From: Fibrobacterota bacterium
GTDB lineage: Bacteria; Fibrobacterota; Fibrobacteria; UBA11236
DNA: 11,007 bases
Reading direction: 5' to 3'
Assembly: GCA_043753995.1 (NCBI GenBank)
Contig: JAYUVP010000184.1
Coordinates: 1-11,007 of the forward strand
In this document: positions 1 through 7,130 of the stretch, one piece after another
How positions within the stretch are numbered: position 1 is the stretch's first letter
Layout: the number at the start of each line of letters is the position of its first letter
The notes under the pieces: model-generated
The model's database searches: none
Told to the model about the DNA's origin: nothing
Seen by the model: the letters and a program-made list of their open reading frames with translations, nothing else
Position numbers and translations under genes: made by a program

Positions 1-130
1 GGCCCAGAAAGGCGCGGCGTCCAGTATCGATCGGTTTTTCGCGACCGAGGTCTTTCGAATCAAGGTCCTGGGGCTTTTGCGCGAGCCGAATTTGGCGCAG
101 GACGGATCGAAGCAAAGGTGTTCTTGGCAT
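1..130 (-). CDS. 5' end of a Tat-motif protein, possibly a flavin (mono)amine oxidase-family enzyme (partial, runs off the window edge)
   Basis: Not in the ORF track. Reading the minus strand from ATG at 130 gives MPRTPLLRSVLRQIRLAQKPQDLDSKDLGREKPIDTGRRAFLG with no stop to the edge. GRRAFLG matches the Tat consensus RRxFL. The M-x-R-T-P-L start plus a delayed RRxFL is something I recall from flavin amine oxidases, so the product call is tentative. Confidence 0.7.
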   Translation of the reverse strand, partial: MPRTPLLRSVLRQIRLAQKPQDLDSKDLGREKPIDTGRRAFLG

Positions 131-222
131 GGTAGGATACTTTAGTTTTTTAAAATGAATGCCCCCAGGCTAAGGGCTCCGGCGACCTTAAATGACGAGT
201 TTCATTTCTGTGTTCGCTTGAA

Positions 223-810
223 TTAACTCTCGTTGTGCAAGGCTGATTTCAGGAAGTGTTGCAAACTTCCCCAGCGATAGCCCAGAGTGAAGCGCCACAT
301 CGGGTAGCTTATAGTTCGTGCCGCAAGACCGAAAGTCAGGATTTCGAAACACTCGATGCGGGCACCGAATTCCGAGGTAATCAACCAAAGACGTTTTTGA
401 CTGAGCCGCTCGTTTACCAATCCATTGATTTCCGTGTAGACAAAATCTCGATCTCTCACGGTCAACCCAAGCACCCCAACATAGGCATGGGGCCTTAGAA
501 TGGGACGCGGCTTGCCCCAAGCATAGCCCACCTGCACAGCAAGCATGGCTTCGCTGGTATAAGCGTGGTTGTAGCGACCGAGGGCGAATTCAAAGGCGGG
601 AGACAACCAGGGCTTCGCCACCCATTGCAGACCATAACCGACTTGCGGAAAGAGCGACGTCTCAGACATATCGGAGGCATGCAAATAGGGCGCTTCGCCG
701 GCAGCGACGAATAGGTGATGCGAAAAGGCGCTTTCTTGAGAGTGTGCCATGACATGCCCCAATCCCAAGTGGGCGACCATAGCTAAGGCTATAAAGGTGA
801 ATAAACGCAA
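223..810 (-). CDS. Secreted hypothetical protein, outer-membrane beta-barrel-like (~195 aa)
   Basis: ORF 223..849. The preferred start is TTG at 810, preceded by AAAGAGG, giving a signal-peptide-like MRLFTFIALAMVAHLGLGHVMA. The mature part has alternating aromatic/Gly strands (QVGYGLQW, AVQVGYAW, HAYVGVLGL, EFGARIE, WRFTLGYRW). ATG at 849 is the alternative start. Confidence 0.65.
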   Translation of the reverse strand: MRLFTFIALAMVAHLGLGHVMAHSQESAFSHHLFVAAGEAPYLHASDMSETSLFPQVGYGLQWVAKPWLSPAFEFALGRYNHAYTSEAMLAVQVGYAWGKPRPILRPHAYVGVLGLTVRDRDFVYTEINGLVNERLSQKRLWLITSEFGARIECFEILTFGLAARTISYPMWRFTLGYRWGSLQHFLKSALHNES

Positions 811-945
811 GATAATGGCCTCTTTTACACTTTCACTGGTACTTTCCATAACGGAAAAGGATCACTCATTGCCACCTTATTTCCTAATTTCATCCCCGCT
901 GTCCAAATTTTGATTTCTGGTTCCGATTTCCCGCGAGGTGTTGTC

Positions 946-3900
946 ATGCTTAACAAGCTTAAATTTTTAGCCTATTCTAAGGCTTCCCTGTTTTTGTCCT
1001 TTAGTCTTTTGCTGGCCTTGCAGGGCTGCAAGCTTTTCGGCTCCGATGACGACAAAAATCAAACCCGTAAATCAGAATACCGAGGATTTTTCAAAATCGC
1101 GACGCCCTTGCCTGGCGACCGTTTGAAATTCGATTCCAGCTTAACCGTGCTTTGGGCGCCTTCGGATACCGTGCTTTCCAGCAATGTGCGCATTTCCCTC
1201 TACAAGGAGGACAAGGTCATCGCCACTCTGGTCAGCAGCGCCTCGAATACCGGCGCCTATATTTGGCGTCCTTCGTCCTTCAGCGCAACATCGGGTTATA
1301 AGTGGGGATCGGGGGATAGCTATCGCATTCGCATCGCCTCGGTCGCCGACACCAGTCTTTGGGACATGAGCGGGGGTTTCAGCCTGCAGTCCGAATATAG
1401 CGGCAGCATTACCGTGACGTCTCCATCGGCAGGCGCCGAAGTGCGCATGGATTCAAGCTATGCCATACGCTGGGATAAAACCGAAAATCCCGGGCCTTCT
1501 TTCGGTGTCCAGCTTTACAAAGACACCGTAATGCTTGCCACCCTGACTTCAACGGCGCAGGCGAATGGATACTATTTATTGTCTTCGGTCAGCACCTATT
1601 TGTCTAGTTATGGTTCTGGCGATGATTATCACATTCGTGTCTTCAGCGTCGGTGACCCATCCATTTCCAATACCAGCGAAAAGTTTTCCGTGGTTACTTC
1701 CTATTCGGGTGGATTCACGGTAACGGCTCCTGAAGCCGGTGACACCTTAATTGCGGGGACAACGAACACAATTTCCTGGACGGCCAATGGCAATCCGGGT
1801 TCAAGCGTGCGAGTCACCCTCTGGCGCGATTCCCTGCAAACCAGCATCCTCACCAGTTCGGGCTTAAAATCCGGAAGCGTCACCTTCACTCCCAGTGCCA
1901 GTTCGATTTCTTCCAGCCGTTATCGCATTCGCGTGGCCAGTGTCTCCGATCCCGGGATTTTCAACTTCTCGGGCTATTTCCGAATTTCTGGAATGGATCC
2001 AGATGAATATGAAAATGATGATAGCTTGCGCGTTGCCAAAAGCATTTCCGTGGACGGCAAAGCCCAACAGCGCACCTTGACCGCTTCCGATTTGGATTGG
2101 ATTGGCTTCTCCGCAAGCATTGGCAAACGTTATTTGGTGAGCGCCAAATCGACTTCGGCATCCATGTATCTCTACCTCTATGACAGCACCGGCCGCAGCC
2201 TTTCCCTTTCCTCCACGGGGACTAATCCGCAGGTCATTTTGACGCCCACTCGTGCTGGCAAATATTTTGTTCGCGTCAGCTCTTATTCAGGCAATGGCGC
2301 CTATTCCTTGTCCATTGCTGAATATGATTCGGCCTCGGCTCCATATAATACCACCTTCACCGCTCCCACTGCGAATTCCACCTGGGCAGCGGGAACGACC
2401 TATACCATCCAATACACGCCTGATACGGCCTTTTTCGGAACCACGATCTCCTTGTCCTTATACCAAGATTCCACCTATGTGCAATCCATTTATTCCTCTC
2501 TCTCCAATTCTGGCACCTATTCCTGGAGCATTCCTTCCAGTCTCTACACTTCGGATCGCTATCGCATACGCATTTCAAACTATTCGAATGCCAATGTTTT
2601 TTCCTATAGCCCCTATTTCACCATCAGTGGAGCGACACCCGATACGTATGAGCCTGACAATGCCAAAACCACGGCCAAGCTATTGCCCGCCGACGGTGTC
2701 ACCCAAACCCATACTCTTACTACGGGCGACATCGATTGGATGCGGTTTACCGTCCAAACCGGCAAACGCTATATCGCCACAGTCAAAACCAATACGGGAA
2801 CCGTCGAAGCCTATGCCTATGACCCATCCAGTTTTTCCATTGCATCACAATACGGATCGCAATTCGCACTGATCATTCAACCTTCCGCGACCGGGGATCA
2901 TTATATCAGGATTAGCCCCTATTCCGGTACGACCACTACTTATACCCTCAGCCTTACCGTGGCCGACACTTCTTCCGCTGGCATTCCGGTGACCTTCTCT
3001 TCACCCGATTCCTCTAGCACCTGGGCCTCGGGATCGATTTATACCGTTGCCTGGACCGCCGATGCCACCTTGCTTGGATCGAGCGTCACCCTTGCCTTGT
3101 ACCAAGACAATTTATTCGTGAGAAGCATCATCACGGGTATTTCCAATACGGGAACCTATTCCTGGAGCGTTCCCACGGGCTTGTACACCTCCAATCGCTA
3201 TCGCATTCGAATCACCAATTACAATAGCTCTACGATTTGGGGGCAGAGTCCGGCCTTCACCATCAGTGGTATCACCCCCGATACCTATGAGCCCGACAAT
3301 AACCGGGCCTCGGCCAAGACCATTTCCACCGATGGTGTGGCTCAGCAACGCAATATCGCCCAGAGTGATTCCGACTGGGTAGCCTTCGACGCGGCCCTGG
3401 GCAAGACCTATATGATCGCGGCAAATGCCGTCACGACGGTTTACATGTATTTGTACGATAGCCTGGGTACGCAATTGCAAAGCACGAGCGGATTAAGAGC
3501 TAGCCTGGTTTTGACTCCCACCCGCGCGGGTAAGCATTATGTGCGCGTGCAATATTATTCCTCGACGGGCACCTATTCCCTGAGCGTGATTGGCTTCACT
3601 TCCAATGGCGGTGGACTCGACGCCAAATTCACCGCACCTGCCGATTCGACGACTTGGGCTACCTCCACCAGTTATACCGCCACATGGACACCCGATACTG
3701 CTCTCTTTGGGACGACGATTTCCTTGGCTTTGTATCGCGATACCACCTTGATTCAAAGCTTGATTTCCGGGACATCCAATCTCGGTCGCTACTCCGTCTT
3801 TATGCCGACCGGCTTGGCGACTTCCAGTCGTTATCGCCTACGGTTGATGAATTATTCCTATCCCCAGATTTTCGGATATAGCCCCTATTTCACGGCCAGC

Positions 3901-4560
3901 GGCATTGCTCCTGATTCCCTTGAACCCAATGATTCCGTCGGCTCGGCGAATTCCATAGCGCCCAATTCGGGAAGGCGTAATTTATCCCTGAGCTTGCGTG
4001 ATCGCGACTGGTTCAAGTTCGCGGCCAAAGCGAAAAAACTGTATCTCTTGCAAACCACTTCGCCTTCAAGCCTATATACTTATACGCGCCTGATGAATGC
4101 CGCCGGAACCTTGCAAGTGAGTAGCATCACGAAATCATCGAGTCTTGATTCCGTCACGAGCATTAGTTGGGTATGCCCAAGTGACGACAACTATTCCATA
4201 TCGGTGGAGGCTTCGAGCACTTCTTATTACGGCAATTATGGCTTTGAAATCAAGGAAGTCGATCCTGCGAGTTATTCCTTTTCGGTGACGGGTCCGGCGG
4301 CGGCCGCTTCCGTGAAGCTGGGCGCCACCCAAATCCTGACATGGACCGACCCGGCCGGGCTCAAAGGTTATGTCGACATCTTCCTGTACAATGGCTCTGG
4401 GGTATTGCAGACCATTATCGCCAATGCAGTCAACTCGGGAACTTATTCCTGGCTCGTGCCCACGACTCTGGCAACGGGCACCGACTATTACATCAAAATC
4501 ATTAGCCGCTCCAGCGACGCGATCAATGGCGCCAGCGGAGTATTCAGCATTACGCCTTAA
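946..4560 (+). CDS. Large surface lipoprotein (~1204 aa) with 7 Ser/Thr-rich Ig-like (Kre9/Knh1-N-like) domains and 4 PPC-like domains
   Basis: ATG at 946 follows GAGGTG. The signal peptide ends in the lipobox LQG-C (Cys codon 1027-1029), followed by KLFGSDDDK. The Ig-like motif (TxP...IxW...IxLY...NxGxYxW...YRIRI...SxxFxI) recurs 7 times. The PPC-like motif (PDxYEPxN...A...DxDW..F...G..Y...G.Y.VRV...G.Y.L) recurs 4 times. I see no catalytic motif. Confidence 0.88.
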   Translation: MLNKLKFLAYSKASLFLSFSLLLALQGCKLFGSDDDKNQTRKSEYRGFFKIATPLPGDRLKFDSSLTVLWAPSDTVLSSNVRISLYKEDKVIATLVSSASNTGAYIWRPSSFSATSGYKWGSGDSYRIRIASVADTSLWDMSGGFSLQSEYSGSITVTSPSAGAEVRMDSSYAIRWDKTENPGPSFGVQLYKDTVMLATLTSTAQANGYYLLSSVSTYLSSYGSGDDYHIRVFSVGDPSISNTSEKFSVVTSYSGGFTVTAPEAGDTLIAGTTNTISWTANGNPGSSVRVTLWRDSLQTSILTSSGLKSGSVTFTPSASSISSSRYRIRVASVSDPGIFNFSGYFRISGMDPDEYENDDSLRVAKSISVDGKAQQRTLTASDLDWIGFSASIGKRYLVSAKSTSASMYLYLYDSTGRSLSLSSTGTNPQVILTPTRAGKYFVRVSSYSGNGAYSLSIAEYDSASAPYNTTFTAPTANSTWAAGTTYTIQYTPDTAFFGTTISLSLYQDSTYVQSIYSSLSNSGTYSWSIPSSLYTSDRYRIRISNYSNANVFSYSPYFTISGATPDTYEPDNAKTTAKLLPADGVTQTHTLTTGDIDWMRFTVQTGKRYIATVKTNTGTVEAYAYDPSSFSIASQYGSQFALIIQPSATGDHYIRISPYSGTTTTYTLSLTVADTSSAGIPVTFSSPDSSSTWASGSIYTVAWTADATLLGSSVTLALYQDNLFVRSIITGISNTGTYSWSVPTGLYTSNRYRIRITNYNSSTIWGQSPAFTISGITPDTYEPDNNRASAKTISTDGVAQQRNIAQSDSDWVAFDAALGKTYMIAANAVTTVYMYLYDSLGTQLQSTSGLRASLVLTPTRAGKHYVRVQYYSSTGTYSLSVIGFTSNGGGLDAKFTAPADSTTWATSTSYTATWTPDTALFGTTISLALYRDTTLIQSLISGTSNLGRYSVFMPTGLATSSRYRLRLMNYSYPQIFGYSPYFTASGIAPDSLEPNDSVGSANSIAPNSGRRNLSLSLRDRDWFKFAAKAKKLYLLQTTSPSSLYTYTRLMNAAGTLQVSSITKSSSLDSVTSISWVCPSDDNYSISVEASSTSYYGNYGFEIKEVDPASYSFSVTGPAAAASVKLGATQILTWTDPAGLKGYVDIFLYNGSGVLQTIIANAVNSGTYSWLVPTTLATGTDYYIKIISRSSDAINGASGVFSITP
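1999..4557 (+). repeat. Four intragenic tandem [PPC-like + Ig-like] units, period ~213 codons
   Basis: The PD-x-(Y/L)-E motifs start at 1999, 2638, 3277 and 3910 (spacings 639, 639, 633 nt). Exact DNA matches survive at the 639-nt offset: ACCTATTCCTGGAGC at 2515/3154 and TTCACCATCAGTGG at 2617/3256. Confidence 0.9.
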
Positions 4561-4576
4561 ACATTTCCGATTGTTC

Positions 4577-4597
4577 GGGGGCGGTTCTTCCGCCCCC
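4577..4597 (+). terminator. GC-rich hairpin downstream of the lipoprotein gene (possible terminator or 3' stabiliser)
   Basis: GGGGGCGG-TTCTT-CCGCCCCC is a perfect 8-bp stem 16 nt after the stop codon. There is no U-tract, so it is not a canonical intrinsic terminator. Confidence 0.45.
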
Positions 4598-4811
4598 CGT
4601 CTCGGCCCGCTATGCTTTGCCAGCATGGTCGGCCTCGCCTTCCCCACCGGCGAAAAGCGACTCGCCGAGTTTGCATTTTAGAAGTGCAGCTTTATTTTAC
4701 AAGATGGCGACATGCTGCCGAGGATTTAATGTATTTCGGGATTTCTATTCCCGTAATGAATACGAAATGCATGGTCTCCTAGCCTTTGCCCAGCCATAGT
4801 CTAGGGTAAAC

Positions 4812-4826
4812 TATTGAAAGTCAATA
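4812..4826. promoter_or_regulatory. Palindrome TATTGA-AAG-TCAATA, candidate operator upstream of the orphan gene
   Basis: Perfect 6-3-6 AT-rich inverted repeat 34 nt upstream of ATG 4861, adjoining a -10-like TAAACT (4807-4812). Confidence 0.3.
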
Positions 4827-4860
4827 AATCGGATTGCATTTGCTTCTAATAGGGCTGGGC

Positions 4861-7098
4861 ATGCAAAAGTTTTTTGTTTTCCTGATATTATTAGCGGCTC
4901 AAGCAGGAGCAAAGGAATATTCATCGAATTCCGATCTTTGCACTCGCAAGGAGATCGCCAAGCTTCGACAAGCCAATAGCGCCGCATTTTGGGACAAGGC
5001 TGAGCCGATATTGGAAGCTTGCGATAGGCGTACGAAGCCTTATGGCGATTCGCTCCTACCCCTGGTTTTGATGGGCATCCAAAACCTGCCTTCCCCTAAA
5101 TTCGGCGGTCAATACCATTTATCCAAATTGCTCTTACCTGCGTATAAGCAAGGCAATTCGGATGCCAAAAAACTTCTGCTGAAAAGCATACGTGGCCGTG
5201 CCCATTTCGATGACGGCGAAATGGCTTTATCTGTCCTTGGCGTCTTCATTGATGACCAAATTGAAAGCATGAAAAAAACGAATGTGCCCGTGCTTCAACT
5301 GGAATTTCCCCCAAGTGAAAAAAAACCCTGGAATGCGGAATTGACTGTAAACTCATCTCTTTACCCTCATTGGCAAAATGTGCAAGGACTACGAGAAGCC
5401 TACGCAAATCGAATCTCTGAAGTCACGCGAGAAGGTGATGCGCCGTATCCAAAGCAGGATTCCGCTTTTTGGGTTGCCATTATCGAGTATATGCTGGCTG
5501 GACCGTCGCAGCAAAACTTGGATGCTGTACATGCTTTCAGATGGTCGGGAGGGTGTGTCATGAGCTCATCCTCATTTCCTGCCGTTAAGCCATGGATCGA
5601 TTTCTCTTACTTTCTAGCCTTGGGCGATTTGCAAGCAGCGCTGGGCGCTATTCTTGAGGGCCAAGAGCGCTCTCTCCATCAATCCAGGGGCTATTTTATA
5701 GGATCTAAAACTGAAGAGGTCCATTCTTCTGCTTCGCGGCTCAAACGTTTTTTGGTCGCGGCAAAACTTCCCTGGAGGCCATTTTTACTGGGGCTGGCCG
5801 CTGAGCGCAAAGACGAAGCCATGGAATTTCTAGCGTATGTGGGAGGGGATTCGGCTCTACCGGGAGTCTTATTATTAGACGCCATTTTTGTTGAAAGACG
5901 GTCTTCATACATCCATGCCTTGGGTGCCTCTATTCCTTCGCAATGCCGTGACAAAACAGACCGAGACTTAAACCAACCCCTATCTCAGTCGAATCAAAAA
6001 CTGGTTTTAGAAAAATTGATTCATCTTGCCACCCAGGTCGAGAATGGAGATGTGGCAAATGATTTTGCAAAAATAATGGCCGAATTATGCCATCCTGCCT
6101 TGCTGCAATCTGCCATTGAAATAGCGACCCTAGCTTTTTCAGGTCCGCAAGAAAAAATGGCCAGCTATTTTGCGCAATACGGCGTGAAGAACGATTTTCC
6201 AAAAGTTTCTAAGCACGTGGCCTTTATTCTATCTCATCAAGGCTTTCCCTTGCGCAGCAAAAGCACGGAATGGAATTTGCCTGCGGATTGCAAAGACGAT
6301 AATTATTGCGGTGGAAGGAGTTCCAGGGCCGAAACAGATTCCTTGGGCCAGATCTTTATCAGCCGAGATAATCTCCGGCCAGGGGGTAAGGCCGTTTTTT
6401 GCATTGCCGACACCTTAAATCCCGAGTCACCGGCATTTTATCAACAAGAAATAAGCTTGCCCTCACAAATCCCCGAAGTGTTGAGCGTGCCCATTCTCAC
6501 CGGATCTCTTACCGTGCGTTTTTCAGGGCCGCTCGCTTTCGATCGCACCGGGATTAAACTGCATGTGAATCCAGTCTTATCCTGGCCATTAAAACATGAC
6601 CCATCCAGTTATGATAAAGGCAAGTTCTTCGGGTTTCTTTGGCGAAAGGAAGTATCGGGTCCGAGGTATTTCGCCAGCTTTCCCATTGGCCGATATGAAC
6701 TTTGTGCTTATTCCTTTGGCTGGAGTCTTGCTTGTGCCGATAGCATAGAGGTAAAAGCGAATCAAAACACCGAGGTGGTACTCATCCCCCAAGACGGCTC
6801 GGATGTCGTTTTTCGTCTCGTGGATTCCGCTACGCATATTGAAAAGCGATTCTTTGGTTGGAGTATTGTCAAAAACGAAAAAGCCCACCGGTCTCGATAT
6901 TTCTCAAGCCAAGCATTTCCTCCTCAACAATTAGGCCTGAATCAGGGCCAATATACGCTTCAAATTTTTCGCCAACACCGAAGCGGTTTGGCCTATCAGA
7001 GCGGTTTTCAAAAGCTATTACCCTTCACCGTGGACAGCAACTCTCCATCGGTGATCGATTTAGGAAATATTCTCATTGAAGCCGAAAAAGAAGATTAG
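4861..7098 (+). CDS. Secreted hypothetical protein (~745 aa), helical N-terminal region and beta-rich C-terminal region
   Basis: Long ORF (4834..7098). ATG 4861 gives a clean Sec signal, MQKFFVFLILLAAQAGA|KE. The C-terminal third has prealbumin/carboxypeptidase-regulatory-like cues (TDSLGQIFI, TGSLTVRF, FPIGRYEL, GLNQGQYTLQI, IDLGNILI). It has 10 Cys. I recognise no family. Confidence 0.8.
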   Translation: MQKFFVFLILLAAQAGAKEYSSNSDLCTRKEIAKLRQANSAAFWDKAEPILEACDRRTKPYGDSLLPLVLMGIQNLPSPKFGGQYHLSKLLLPAYKQGNSDAKKLLLKSIRGRAHFDDGEMALSVLGVFIDDQIESMKKTNVPVLQLEFPPSEKKPWNAELTVNSSLYPHWQNVQGLREAYANRISEVTREGDAPYPKQDSAFWVAIIEYMLAGPSQQNLDAVHAFRWSGGCVMSSSSFPAVKPWIDFSYFLALGDLQAALGAILEGQERSLHQSRGYFIGSKTEEVHSSASRLKRFLVAAKLPWRPFLLGLAAERKDEAMEFLAYVGGDSALPGVLLLDAIFVERRSSYIHALGASIPSQCRDKTDRDLNQPLSQSNQKLVLEKLIHLATQVENGDVANDFAKIMAELCHPALLQSAIEIATLAFSGPQEKMASYFAQYGVKNDFPKVSKHVAFILSHQGFPLRSKSTEWNLPADCKDDNYCGGRSSRAETDSLGQIFISRDNLRPGGKAVFCIADTLNPESPAFYQQEISLPSQIPEVLSVPILTGSLTVRFSGPLAFDRTGIKLHVNPVLSWPLKHDPSSYDKGKFFGFLWRKEVSGPRYFASFPIGRYELCAYSFGWSLACADSIEVKANQNTEVVLIPQDGSDVVFRLVDSATHIEKRFFGWSIVKNEKAHRSRYFSSQAFPPQQLGLNQGQYTLQIFRQHRSGLAYQSGFQKLLPFTVDSNSPSVIDLGNILIEAEKED

Positions 7099-7130
7099 AG
7101 CCGCTTCCAAGGATGCCGCGCAATAGCAAA

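Noticed and set aside
910..945. TTG start at 910 for the lipoprotein (likewise TTG 4834 for the orphan)
   Set aside because: ATG 946 has a GAGGTG ribosome-binding site, and ATG 946 and ATG 4861 both give proper signal peptides.
2252..2872. 206-aa Pro/Ile-rich ORF in another frame inside the lipoprotein gene
   Set aside because: It is a frame shadow of TCC/ACC/TAT-rich codons of the Ser/Thr/Tyr-rich lipoprotein, with no protein-like features.
1999..4557. Repeats considered as a CRISPR array or a diversity-generating retroelement TR/VR pair
   Set aside because: They are in-frame, diverged protein-domain repeats. There is no repeat-spacer pattern, no adenine-specific mismatch pattern evident, and no cas or reverse transcriptase gene in the window.
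4617..4799. 60-aa ORF in the structured spacer
   Set aside because: No convincing ribosome-binding site or protein features, and it spans the hairpins and the GC transition.
7099..7130. Expected bidirectional terminator between the convergent orphan and GH16 genes
   Set aside because: No convincing stem-loop with U-tracts in the 32-nt gap.
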